Source: Spirochaetota bacterium
Lineage (GTDB): Bacteria > Spirochaetota > UBA4802 > UBA5550
Length of the DNA stretch: 64,000 nucleotides
Assembly: GCA_963664815.2 (NCBI GenBank)
Contig: CAXXHB010000003.1
Span: 3,296,001 to 3,360,000, forward strand
Direction of reading: 5' to 3'
Shown here: in pieces, positions 42,487 to 52,014 of the stretch
Layout: each line of letters starts with the position of its first letter
Position numbering within the stretch: position 1 is the first letter of the stretch
Position numbers and translations under genes: made by a program
Notes under the pieces: generated by a model
What the model was told of the DNA's origin: nothing
Database searches by the model: none
Seen by the model: the letters and a program-made list of their open reading frames with translations, nothing else

Positions 42487-42744
42487 ATGATTATGACACT
42501 AATAAAAGAGATCGGAGACGTTTCAAAACTGGTGGAAGCAAACCGGTCAAGGGTTTCCAGTGGTGTATATATTTCACATGATATTGAAATAATGTCCGAG
42601 GAGATAATTGAACTGATAAAAAAGGGGAAGGAAAATATAGCTTCTGTATACGATTCAGCACATACTCAGAAACACACGATGTCTGAACTTTCTGATATGA
42701 GTCACCATATGACTGATTCATCATTTTATGTTATAAAAAATTAA
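42487..42744 (+). pseudogene. Probable fragment of a methyl-accepting chemotaxis protein signalling domain
   Basis: KEIGDVSKLVEANRSRVSSG...IASVYDSAHTQKHTMSELS heptad pattern like an MCP C-terminus; no N-terminal part; the last codons come from a dispersed AT-rich repeat. Confidence 0.45.
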
Positions 42745-42760
42745 GGAATAATTATTGAAA
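42722..42760 (+). repeat. Dispersed ~40-bp direct repeat, copy 1
   Basis: CATTTTATGTTATAAAAAATTAAGGAATAATTATTGAAA; copy 2 at 47678-47717. Confidence 0.8.
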
Positions 42761-42855
42761 TTATTTATATATTTTTACAGAAAGTACCCGATTTTAATTG
42801 CATTTAATCAACTGAATTTAAAATATGAAAATCAATAAAATTAAAGGATAATATT

Positions 42856-43653
42856 ATGAGCCAGTATCTTATTTCAGTCATCCTCGGAATTGTAGAGGGG
42901 ATTACTGAATTCTTACCTATATCATCAACAGGGCATCTTATAATTGTAAATAAATTTGTCGATTTCACAGGCGATTTCGCCGTAATGTTCGATGTTGTCA
43001 TACAACTCGGAGCAATACTCTCTGTTGTAGTTGTATTCTGGGACAGGTTATTCCCTTTTAAAAAAGGGAGGACATCAGAAGAGGTAAAAGGTGTTTTCAG
43101 CATATGGTATAAAGTCTGCGTCGGGGTGTTGCCGGCGCTTGTAATCGGGGCTCTGTTCGGTTCAGTTATTAAAAAACACCTGTTTAATCCTGTAACTGTA
43201 TCCATTGCGCTTGTAATCGGAGGAATCATACTAATCATTATCGAAAACAGAAAAAGGGAAAGTATTGTAAATTCAATTTCTGACCTGACATACAGGACAG
43301 CCTTTTTTATCGGTATGATACAGTGTCTCGGGATGATTCCGGGGACATCACGTTCAGCCGCAACAATCATCGGGGCAATGCTTCTTGGACTATCAAGAGT
43401 AGCCGCGGCGGAATTCTCATTTTTTCTTGCCATACCAACCATGGCAGCAGCATCAGTCTATTCAGTAATGAAACTCGGACGGATGCTCACTCCGCTGGAA
43501 ATAGAGCTTTCCGCCATCGGTTTTTTTGTATCATTCATTGTGGCATGGCTGGTCATAAAGGTTTTTATAAAATATATATCACTTCATGACTTCAAACCAT
43601 TCGGATATTACAGAATTATAATTGGAATACTCATTATTCTTCTTTACATTTAA
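42856..43653 (+). CDS. uppP: Undecaprenyl-diphosphate phosphatase (BacA)
   Basis: GIVEGITEFLPISSTGH, IQLGAIL, PGTSRSAATI, AAEFSFFLAIP, FGYYRI. Confidence 0.96.
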   Translation: MSQYLISVILGIVEGITEFLPISSTGHLIIVNKFVDFTGDFAVMFDVVIQLGAILSVVVVFWDRLFPFKKGRTSEEVKGVFSIWYKVCVGVLPALVIGALFGSVIKKHLFNPVTVSIALVIGGIILIIIENRKRESIVNSISDLTYRTAFFIGMIQCLGMIPGTSRSAATIIGAMLLGLSRVAAAEFSFFLAIPTMAAASVYSVMKLGRMLTPLEIELSAIGFFVSFIVAWLVIKVFIKYISLHDFKPFGYYRIIIGILIILLYI

Positions 43654-43815
43654 AAGCTGACCTGCATGATCCATGCCGCTGACCATAAAGCAGACTGTTC
43701 ACTATATATGCGCAGTCTGACATAAATTCTCTGCATCTCCCGAAGAATCAGCAGGATGGAATTTTCAGGAAGATGACTGACCACTGGCAAAGAATTTGGT
43801 TTCAAAAAGTGATTA

Positions 43816-43835
43816 CGTGCGTCATATGACGCACG
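43816..43835. repeat. Perfect 20-bp palindrome (REP-like) between convergent genes
   Basis: CGTGCGTCAT-ATGACGCACG. Confidence 0.75.
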
Positions 43836-43874
43836 CGCTTGGACAGATTTATCTGCTTGTTATATTATTCAGTT

Positions 43875-45830
43875 TCAGCGATATATACTATCTATTTCAC
43901 CTGCAAAATTCTTCCCAACAACCTTTCCTTTCAGTTTCTGCGTTGCCGTGAGTTCATCCCTGCTCTGAAGAAACTTTCTCCGGAGGATCACATATTTCTT
44001 TACCTGTTCAAAATCAGCGAGCTGTTTATTCGCTTTACCAATCACTTCATCAACAATTTGCTTTACTGCCGGATGATTTACAAGATCATCTCCAACTTCA
44101 TAACATGAGTTCAATCCGTTAATAATGTCGTATTTTAATTCATTCTCATCGAACAAAATTCCCTTTGATTTAAATACAGGGATAAGCGCATCCCAGTAAG
44201 GAACAATAAGCGCTGAAATAAATTTTCTGCCATCTCCAATTACTATCGCCTGCTCTATTCTGAGATCACTGAGTATAAAGGATTCCACTTTTGCTGATGC
44301 CACATTTTTACCTGTATCCATTACGATGATACCTTTTTTCCTGTCAACGACACGTGCTATGCCGATGTTATTTATTTCGAGGATGTCTCCTGTTTTAAAA
44401 AAACCGTCAGGTGTAAAAGATGAAGCGGTAGATTCCGGGTCTTTATAGTATTCCCTGATTATCCCCGGCCCTTTGACAAGACATTCACCGTCTTCTGCTA
44501 TTTTGAATTCCATTCCTGGATTCGGCACTGCATTCCAGCCTATGATTATATCATTCTGGTGCCCCACACATACGCCGCACTGAGTTTCAGTAAGACCATA
44601 TCCGTTGGGAACATAGAAGCCCATCCCTGTCCATGGAATATGAAGTTCGGGAAGAAGTGCCCCTCCCCCGCAGGCAAACATCCTCATTCTTCCTCCAAGA
44701 GCTGCATGAACTTTGTCAAATATTGCTCCCTTCGCCTTCAGATACTCATCTCTCAGATCGCCTGTCAGTACATCCTCATGCTTTTTAGTCATATCAATTG
44801 TCCCGTCATGGCCCTTCCTGGCCTCAACTACTTTTGCAGCCACACTCATCCCCCACTCCCATGCCTGTTTTCCTTCGGGGGTTTCAGAAAATTTCATTCC
44901 TATCCCTTTCAATACACGATCAAGCATCCTTGGTACAACAACAGTAACTGTTGGTTTGAATGCCTGAAAATCCTCCATAACAAACTGAGGTCCCCTCCCG
45001 AAAGCGATGGCGGCCCCCCTGGGAATCATACAGTAATAACCGTACGTCCTTTCCATTACATGGGCAAATGGCATAATTGAGGCATATATATCGGTATTCA
45101 TCCACATAAAATTTCCATTAAGCTGCCCCTGCTGCGATCTCCAGATACCACCAATCCAGTCGGCATGAGTATACCTGGCTGCCTTAAGTTTACCGGTCGT
45201 TCCGGATGTATAAATTGTATTAACAGGATCTCCTGTTTTTATTTCTAATATACGCTCTTTCAATTTTGCCGGGTTTTTTTCAGCATACTTTTGGCCAGTT
45301 ATGCGGAAAGCATCAAGGTTCCATGTTTTAATACCATCCCCTTTATACTCCTTTTCAAAGCAGATGCATCCTTTCAGCGATGGGATTTCATTCCACAGCA
45401 GTTCAATCTTTCTCTGGAGATCAACATTACCGGTGAATACATAACTTACTTCCGAATGGTTCATAATGAATTTTATCTCATCATCACTTAGTGACGGGAA
45501 AACGGACACAGTGCATCCCCCGCAGATGGTAATGGCAATATCAGCCCATGCCCACTCAACCCTGGTCGGGGATATGATGCAGATATCAGTACTTTTTTTG
45601 ATACCGAGGTTCATCAGGCCGTTAGCTATCTCTTCCGAAATAATACGCCATTCATCAAAAGAGGCATATTTCCACCCCTTTCCATCATAGTATATATTAG
45701 CTGTCTTATCTTTATATTCAGCCACGGTGTTATAAAACATCAATGCAAGATTGGCTGTATTATCACGCCATTCTTTAAGCTCTTTTTCATACTCATGCCA
45801 CTGCGGCATCATCTGCCCTTCTTTATACAT
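43875..45830 (-). CDS. Long-chain-fatty-acid-CoA ligase (FadD15/ACSL-like)
   Basis: IYTSGTTG, PFAHVMER, VPRMLDRV, NGYGLTET, FKTGDI, DRKK, ELTATQKLK. Confidence 0.9.
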   Translation of the reverse strand: MYKEGQMMPQWHEYEKELKEWRDNTANLALMFYNTVAEYKDKTANIYYDGKGWKYASFDEWRIISEEIANGLMNLGIKKSTDICIISPTRVEWAWADIAITICGGCTVSVFPSLSDDEIKFIMNHSEVSYVFTGNVDLQRKIELLWNEIPSLKGCICFEKEYKGDGIKTWNLDAFRITGQKYAEKNPAKLKERILEIKTGDPVNTIYTSGTTGKLKAARYTHADWIGGIWRSQQGQLNGNFMWMNTDIYASIMPFAHVMERTYGYYCMIPRGAAIAFGRGPQFVMEDFQAFKPTVTVVVPRMLDRVLKGIGMKFSETPEGKQAWEWGMSVAAKVVEARKGHDGTIDMTKKHEDVLTGDLRDEYLKAKGAIFDKVHAALGGRMRMFACGGGALLPELHIPWTGMGFYVPNGYGLTETQCGVCVGHQNDIIIGWNAVPNPGMEFKIAEDGECLVKGPGIIREYYKDPESTASSFTPDGFFKTGDILEINNIGIARVVDRKKGIIVMDTGKNVASAKVESFILSDLRIEQAIVIGDGRKFISALIVPYWDALIPVFKSKGILFDENELKYDIINGLNSCYEVGDDLVNHPAVKQIVDEVIGKANKQLADFEQVKKYVILRRKFLQSRDELTATQKLKGKVVGKNFAGEIDSIYR

Positions 45831-45873
45831 AAAATCTCTCCTTCAAAGTTTTATATTGCAGTCTGCACAGGCT

Positions 45874-47514
45874 TTATTTCATTTCACTTATCATTTTACG
45901 CAGAAGAACCTTGTCGATTTTACCAATAAAATTGTGAGGGACAGCCGGGATAAATTTGTACCCATCAGGTAAATCCGGAATCCACCACTTTTCGATCTTT
46001 CCATCTTCAGCATATCGCAGCAGGTGGTTTCTTATGTCCTCAGCTGTTGCAGATTGCCCCGGTTTCAGAGCTATGCACGCACATGGACGTTCATCCCATC
46101 TGGCGTCAGGAATTCCAACAACAGCACATTCAAGAACCGACGGGTGAATACTGACAGCGTCCTCAATAATCAGAGTGGATATCCACTCCCCGCCCGATTT
46201 TATCGCATCCTTGACACGATCGGTTACCATCAGGTAGCCCTCCTTATCCAGATAACCGACATCGCCTGTATTCAGCCATCCGTTCTCCCAGAGTTTTTCA
46301 GTATTCTCAGGATCAGCAAGGTATTCATGGGTACACCATGGAGTCCTCACCTGTATAGCTCCAACGGTTTTACCATCGGCAGGTACTTCCTTCATCGAAT
46401 CATCAACAACCCTTCTCCTGCCGAAAACCCATGGGATACCACTCCTGATTATATAACCTATCTGGTCATCAAACGGCAGATCATTCTTGTCAACCCTCGG
46501 CTGACCAAGAGCCATTGCCGGGCATGTTTCTGTCATTCCGTAGCATGATATTGTTTTAATTCCAAGCTTCCACGCACGCTCGGCAAGCTGCCTTGTTTCC
46601 TTTGCGCCTCCAAGACCCACACGCCAGTTGCTCAGATCATATTTCTCGGCGTCTGGATGAAAAACCAGCATATGAAGAATAGTAGTTACGCAATGGCTTA
46701 CATCAACTTTCTCTTCATGGATCCATCGAAGCAGCTTATCCGGTTCATACTTCCCCGGCAGTATATACCTGCACCCCATCATAAATGCGAAGTACGGCAC
46801 ACCCCATCCCTGTACATGGAACAGCGGTGTAAGCGGCATATATGTCTGACCGGCATGGAAATTCAGCGGAGGGAATATCCCCCACTGTATACAAACCGCT
46901 ATTGCGTGCATTACTAGCTCCCGATGGGTAAATACGACACCTTTGGGATTTCCCGTTGTTCCCGAAGTATAGCAGAGAGCTGCCCTGCTGTTTTCAGAGA
47001 TTTCAGGAAACTCATATATGTCGGACTGACCTGAAAGAAGTTCCTCGTATGCTACAGCATCAGGCAGGGTTACACCCGGGACTTTTCCGTCCGGACGATC
47101 TGTCATTATCACATATTTCTTAACAGTTGGAAGTTTATCTTTCATACCCTGAATTAATGGAAGAAAATCCTCGCTTACAAACAGCACTTTATCCTTCGCA
47201 TTATTAATACAGTACTCAATCTGTTCCGGGGACATTCTGACATTGACCGTATGAAACATACAGCCGCTTAAAGGGATGGCCCAGTGTGCCTCAAGGTAGC
47301 GATATGTATCCCATTCCAGCATTCCCACAGCATCACCTTCTTTAATGCCAAAGGACTTAAGGGCATTGCACAATTTTTTCACCCGCCTGTAATGATCAGT
47401 ATAGGTGTACTGAAATTCATCCCTGTATTTTATTATCTGGTCCGGAGCATAATTAATCCCATGCTCCAGAAACATCCTGAGAGTCAATTGATACTGATAA
47501 CCATAGCTTTCCAT
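45874..47514 (-). CDS. Medium/long-chain fatty-acid-CoA ligase (AlkK/DmdB-like)
   Basis: CYTSGTTGNPKGVVFTHR, PLFHVQGWG, YGMTET, TDRVKDAIKSGGEWIS, WDERP. Confidence 0.92.
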   Translation of the reverse strand: MESYGYQYQLTLRMFLEHGINYAPDQIIKYRDEFQYTYTDHYRRVKKLCNALKSFGIKEGDAVGMLEWDTYRYLEAHWAIPLSGCMFHTVNVRMSPEQIEYCINNAKDKVLFVSEDFLPLIQGMKDKLPTVKKYVIMTDRPDGKVPGVTLPDAVAYEELLSGQSDIYEFPEISENSRAALCYTSGTTGNPKGVVFTHRELVMHAIAVCIQWGIFPPLNFHAGQTYMPLTPLFHVQGWGVPYFAFMMGCRYILPGKYEPDKLLRWIHEEKVDVSHCVTTILHMLVFHPDAEKYDLSNWRVGLGGAKETRQLAERAWKLGIKTISCYGMTETCPAMALGQPRVDKNDLPFDDQIGYIIRSGIPWVFGRRRVVDDSMKEVPADGKTVGAIQVRTPWCTHEYLADPENTEKLWENGWLNTGDVGYLDKEGYLMVTDRVKDAIKSGGEWISTLIIEDAVSIHPSVLECAVVGIPDARWDERPCACIALKPGQSATAEDIRNHLLRYAEDGKIEKWWIPDLPDGYKFIPAVPHNFIGKIDKVLLRKMISEMK

Positions 47515-47642
47515 AAACTTCCTCCGGATTAAAATTTTAAATTAACGCACATCAGTAAATCTGAGATTCTACTTTATTAAAAATATAAAATAAAACAGTA
47601 ATAATCCTAAAAATATATTCTAATATAAAATAAACGACTATA

Positions 47643-47671
47643 TCTCTCCGCCGCTTTCGGCGGCGGAGAGA
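47643..47671. terminator. Strong GC hairpin between acyl-CoA ligase genes
   Basis: TCTCTCCGCCGC-TTTCG-GCGGCGGAGAGA, 12-bp perfect stem; no clean U-tail. Confidence 0.55.
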
Positions 47672-47677
47672 ACAGAG

Positions 47678-47717
47678 CATTTTATGTTATAAAAAAATTA
47701 AGCAATAATTATTGAAA
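47678..47717 (+). repeat. Dispersed ~40-bp direct repeat, copy 2
   Basis: CATTTTATGTTATAAAAAAATTAAGCAATAATTATTGAAA (one indel and one substitution versus copy 1). Confidence 0.8.
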
Positions 47718-47769
47718 ATAAAACTTTAAATATCAAATTATTTATCGCAAGGACATACAGATATATTTT

Positions 47770-49488
47770 TCAATCCCATTTGCCGGCAGATTTAAGTTTT
47801 TCAACAACCGGTTCTGCTTCCTTAATCATTGCAGGAACGTCTATCTTCCCAACACGGTTTACATGAAAGCTTTTATCCTCCGGCCAGAATTCAACATGAA
47901 GAGGTCTTTTATATCCTGCAAGGCCTTTACAGTATTCCATAATCTCATCAGCTGACACCTTCATTCCAGGCCTTGTTTTCACATAGGCAAATACTCCATC
48001 AACATTTGTCCTGTGCGGTATCCCCACAACAAGAGCCTGGGCTACGCCGGGATGCTTTGTTATGAAATCACTGACCTCATCCGGAAACACAAGGTAGCCC
48101 TTAGGCTTTATAACAAACTTTCTTCTCCCGGCAAACTTGAGTCCCTTATACGCGCCGAAATCGTGAAAATACCCCATATCCCCCGTGTAAAGGATTCCTT
48201 CCTTTGAAATCATCTTTGAAGTTGCCTCCGGATCATTATAATAACCGGGAAATACGATAGGGCCGTGAACACAGATATCCCCCACCTCCCCCTGCGGTAA
48301 TTCTTGCCCTGCCGTGCCGTCTTCATTCATAGGCATTCTTATTGTCACAGGGGCAAGTTCAGGGAATACCTGCCCTACCTGACCTGACATCTCTTCAATT
48401 GGTATGGCCTTTGGTGTTGCGGTGAAATATCCGGCGCACTCGGTCATTCCCAGTGCAGTACCGAATGATGGAGCCATCTTCTGCATATCCTTAAGAAAAG
48501 CAGTGTCAACAGCGCTCCCTCCGTAAAGCACATACAACAGACTGCTCAGATCGTAGTCTTTATATGCAGGCATCTGCCAGATCATATGGAACATTGTCGG
48601 CACTCCGCCCCACCATGTCGGCCTGTACTTCTGGACAGATTTAAGGATCATTTCAGGCTGGTAAACGTTTACAGATATAACAGTTCCGCCTGTAAACCAG
48701 ACAGTCATAGGCCCCTGGCATGTCCCGGCAACATGACTTGTGGGCATTGAATTAAGATACCTGTTTGCCGTGCCCCACAGCCCCACCTCGCGTGAGAATA
48801 CCGCGTTGTTTGTAATTGTATTTTCATTGCAGATCAGCGCAGGTTTAGGCAGCCCGGTTGTCCCTGTTGTGAAAATAATAATATGAGGGTCTCTTTTATC
48901 AAGAGTCCGGTATTCTCTCATGAGAGCGGAGGTAAGTGCAGTATTATCTGCAAGAGAGGCGAGCTTATCCTTCGTAAAGAGATCATCGAATTTTTTAACG
49001 CCGCTCCCGACAAGCTCTTCAGGAACGCCCGGTGTATGCTGAATTATATGATTAAGGGATCTCACTCCCCCCGCCACAGCCGAAGATACCTCTGTAAAAT
49101 CCCGGAGTGGAGTTTTACCCATGCAGAAGAAAACCACTGGTGAAATCTTATTCATATCCCTTATCATTTCACCTGTCTGAAGTCTTATATCAAGCGGTGA
49201 GATTATTGCGCCAATGGTCGCACAGGCATATGTGAGCATAAAAAACTCAGGGCTTGAAAGCCATTGTACTGCTAAAACATCACCCTTTTTAATACCCATA
49301 TCCATAAGCCGCAGAGCATAAAGTGTAATCATCTCATCAAACTCGCGGTAAGTGTAGCTTGCACCGCTGTCTGCGCTCATAAGTGCAATATTGTCCGGTG
49401 TAATATCAGCCCACTTCTTTACATAATCAGCCACAAGCGGCAGTTTCCATTTATCCTTCAATGATTCATCAAGCTTTATAGAAAACAT
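47770..49488 (-). CDS. Class I adenylate-forming enzyme (acyl-CoA synthetase)
   Basis: FTTGTTGLPK, LGMTEC, YTGDMG, GRRKFVIKPKGYLVFPDEV, NRVGKID; GAGGAGG RBS. Confidence 0.88.
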   Translation of the reverse strand: MFSIKLDESLKDKWKLPLVADYVKKWADITPDNIALMSADSGASYTYREFDEMITLYALRLMDMGIKKGDVLAVQWLSSPEFFMLTYACATIGAIISPLDIRLQTGEMIRDMNKISPVVFFCMGKTPLRDFTEVSSAVAGGVRSLNHIIQHTPGVPEELVGSGVKKFDDLFTKDKLASLADNTALTSALMREYRTLDKRDPHIIIFTTGTTGLPKPALICNENTITNNAVFSREVGLWGTANRYLNSMPTSHVAGTCQGPMTVWFTGGTVISVNVYQPEMILKSVQKYRPTWWGGVPTMFHMIWQMPAYKDYDLSSLLYVLYGGSAVDTAFLKDMQKMAPSFGTALGMTECAGYFTATPKAIPIEEMSGQVGQVFPELAPVTIRMPMNEDGTAGQELPQGEVGDICVHGPIVFPGYYNDPEATSKMISKEGILYTGDMGYFHDFGAYKGLKFAGRRKFVIKPKGYLVFPDEVSDFITKHPGVAQALVVGIPHRTNVDGVFAYVKTRPGMKVSADEIMEYCKGLAGYKRPLHVEFWPEDKSFHVNRVGKIDVPAMIKEAEPVVEKLKSAGKWD

Positions 49489-49518
49489 TCAGTCCTCCTC
49501 ATAATTTATTGTGAGGAG

Positions 49519-49595
49519 AGTATAGCATGCAGATCTTCCGTTGTCTTATAAATCTATATTTTTGAAAATCCGGTTTCTTATAAATCTATATTTTT
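49519..49595 (-). promoter_or_regulatory. Promoter with tandem 20-bp direct repeats (putative AraC-type activator sites)
   Basis: TCTTATAAATCTATATTTTT at 49544-49563 and 49576-49595 (32-bp period). Minus-strand TGC-TATACT extended -10 at 49527-49519; AAGACA -35 overlapped by the proximal repeat. Confidence 0.7.
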
Positions 49596-49740
49596 ATAAC
49601 TGACCTGTCTCTTGACTATAACCTGGCGTGGAAAACAAATATCTGTTGATCTTTATTATACTCCCTGTTAGACTGTTTCTGAATTTAAGCAGAACCATGT
49701 CTGCGATGATCAATAAAAAGGAAGTCAGAATGGCAGTTAT

Positions 49741-50868
49741 ATGTCACTAATTCATCAGCATCTTATCTTTATTGGAGCATACTTTTCACTTATAATAGGC
49801 ATAGGGCAGTTTATACAGAAAAACAAGCAGGGAGCCGGGTATATCTACGGCATCTCTTTTGTCAGTATGGGATTATGGATATTCCATATATGTTCATATT
49901 CAACCGGGCTTCTGGATAATACCTTCATGGTAAACCTGTTTCTTATTCCCTTCGGATTTATATCTGCACCGGCCATGGCGCTGCGATACCGCTGGCTTCT
50001 GAGCCAGTCCACACCGGACAGAAAGATTATGTTTATACTGCTTGTTCCTGCCATTGTCTCACTGATTATCATCTCTTTTCCCTTTTTAGATAACTCAATT
50101 ATCCTTAAACCTGAATACTTCAGAAGCGTCCCCCTGTTTTCAGCGGGGTTTCCTGCACTTACCACATATTTCAAAATAATACAGGCACTCTATTTTCTTC
50201 CGAAACTCTATCTTGTAATATTCATGTTTTTTGTTCTTAAAAGTATGAAAGGGATCATGAAAGGCATACTGGAGGGGAGAAAGAGTGATTCTAAAAACAT
50301 TGTATCAAGGGCCGCTTATATATTCGCCCTTAACATACTCCTTTCAACTGCAATTACGGGAGCCGGGGATCTTTTTTCCACGGAGCTTATTACATGGTCT
50401 GTACTATATGTAAACGGGACATTCATATCTGTTTTCCTTTTCGGGCAGAGAAACCCCGATTACAACAAGGTTATCAGAACTGATATTATAAAGCGGCACT
50501 ATATTAAATCAAAGATCATGGATCTCGATATTGACAATGTAATGAATAATTTAAGGCAGATGATGGAGAACGAGAAGGCCTTTGCCTCCGAAGATATATC
50601 ACTGAAATCAGTGGCGGAGGAACTTGATATTTCACCTCACCAGCTCTCTGAAATAATAAATAAAAACTTCAATAAAAATTTCAACACCTATTTAAATGAT
50701 TTCCGAATAGAAGAAGCAAAAAAAATGCTTATTGACGAACCAGACCGCACTATCACTTCAATTGCAGTCGCAGTCGGTTTCAATACAAACACTGCATTCA
50801 GCTCTGTTTTCTCCAGGTCTGAAGGGATTAGCCCCAAACTCTACAGGCGGAATTTTAAAAAGTGCTGA
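49741..50868 (+). CDS. Membrane-anchored AraC family regulator
   Basis: About 7 N-terminal TM segments; C-terminal SLKSVAEELDISPHQLSEIIN...FRIEEAKKML...VGFNTNTAFSSVF. Confidence 0.9.
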   Translation: MSLIHQHLIFIGAYFSLIIGIGQFIQKNKQGAGYIYGISFVSMGLWIFHICSYSTGLLDNTFMVNLFLIPFGFISAPAMALRYRWLLSQSTPDRKIMFILLVPAIVSLIIISFPFLDNSIILKPEYFRSVPLFSAGFPALTTYFKIIQALYFLPKLYLVIFMFFVLKSMKGIMKGILEGRKSDSKNIVSRAAYIFALNILLSTAITGAGDLFSTELITWSVLYVNGTFISVFLFGQRNPDYNKVIRTDIIKRHYIKSKIMDLDIDNVMNNLRQMMENEKAFASEDISLKSVAEELDISPHQLSEIINKNFNKNFNTYLNDFRIEEAKKMLIDEPDRTITSIAVAVGFNTNTAFSSVFSRSEGISPKLYRRNFKKC

Positions 50869-51016
50869 TACCTTTCTGACCTTCAGCCAGACGATTTAAA
50901 AAAGATGGTTTTGGACACCTTTGATAATTTCGTATAAGATCGAATATTTCCCGGGATTTTTAACTTAAAATTTACTCTAATGAATTACACTTTTTTAATT
51001 TTTCCGGGTAAAAGTA

Positions 51017-51046
51017 TTGACTTAAAACATAACGATGCGTTATAAT
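51017..51046 (+). promoter_or_regulatory. Sigma70-type promoter
   Basis: TTGACT-N18-TATAAT upstream of the 51137 gene. Confidence 0.5.
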
Positions 51047-51136
51047 ATAAAAATTAGTATATCCGATAAACAGAATTGAGTATGATGGAAACTCTTTGAA
51101 ATTTTATCGCTGTTTACTAAAACAAAAAAAGAAAGG

Positions 51137-51904
51137 ATGAAGCAGATGAAAAAAATTTTTAGAAACGCGGGATTTCTGGTTTTAGGATGCCTCTTTCTGG
51201 GGTATCTTCCAGTGTATTCCACTCCGGAGACCGACCTTGCAGAATTAACCAGATTAAGTAGTGAAGTCTGCCCGGCTTTGAAACAGGTGATTTCGGATGA
51301 GCTCAACACGGCAAAAAAGGTGGTAGAATGGCAGCAGGTGCCAACCAGCGGTAACGCCATTCCTCTTTATAATGCAGAGGGTAAGCTCATATCATTTCAG
51401 ATTAATTATCAGAGTAATGAAACAAAACCGGTATGGGAGCGTATGGGGAATTTTGCCCATGAAATTATGCATGCTGTTGTTCTGGATTCATATAACCGCG
51501 ATTTTATCAACTATACCAATGCAGCCGACAAGCCGCTTCCTGAGCCCGTGTTTAAAAAGTACAAGGGTCTTACATTCGTCATGACAAATCAGGCAGACCG
51601 CCAGTTTAAACAGGCAAACCGGAAAGCCGATGAAAAGATCGGTAAAAATGCCGAGGAACTTCTGAGTCTGGTTTCAAAATCCGGGCTTCCTGCCGACAAG
51701 CAGAAAATGCTGAACGATAAAATCAATTACATCAGGCAATGGCCGGCCAGGGAATATGAAACATGTCTGGTTCAGATGATGATCTGGTGTCATTACTGGA
51801 AGGCTGATACTAAAAGCAGTTTTTATCTCAAGCTCAATGATCTTCTCGAAAATGCCAATTATCGAAGGAAGACCCAGTCAAATTTTGTTGTAGTTTTGAA
51901 GTAG
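51137..51904 (+). CDS. Exported hypothetical protein with HExxH motif (possible zinc metalloprotease)
   Basis: Signal peptide; FAHEIMHAV; downstream EYET as a candidate third ligand. Confidence 0.6.
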   Translation: MKQMKKIFRNAGFLVLGCLFLGYLPVYSTPETDLAELTRLSSEVCPALKQVISDELNTAKKVVEWQQVPTSGNAIPLYNAEGKLISFQINYQSNETKPVWERMGNFAHEIMHAVVLDSYNRDFINYTNAADKPLPEPVFKKYKGLTFVMTNQADRQFKQANRKADEKIGKNAEELLSLVSKSGLPADKQKMLNDKINYIRQWPAREYETCLVQMMIWCHYWKADTKSSFYLKLNDLLENANYRRKTQSNFVVVLK

Positions 51905-51951
51905 ACCTCAAATGATACAGTTGACCCCGGCGTTGTAACCGGTCCGGTGAT

Positions 51952-51991
51952 TTTCATAAACAGCATAAAAAATTACATGCTGTTTATGAAA
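51952..51991. terminator. Bidirectional hairpin between convergent genes
   Basis: TTTCATAAACAGCAT-N10-ATGCTGTTTATGAAA, perfect 15-bp stem. Confidence 0.7.
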
Positions 51992-52014
51992 TAATCCGAA
52001 TTTATTGAAAAATA

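Noticed and set aside
42804-43442. 212-aa minus-strand ORF
   Set aside because: Antisense to uppP.
42722-47717. TTATGTTATAA in the 40-bp repeat as a XerD arm of a dif site
   Set aside because: No XerC-like arm at 6-bp spacing in either copy.
49544-49595. CRISPR array
   Set aside because: Only two 20-bp copies with a 12-bp gap and no cas genes; fits regulator binding sites.
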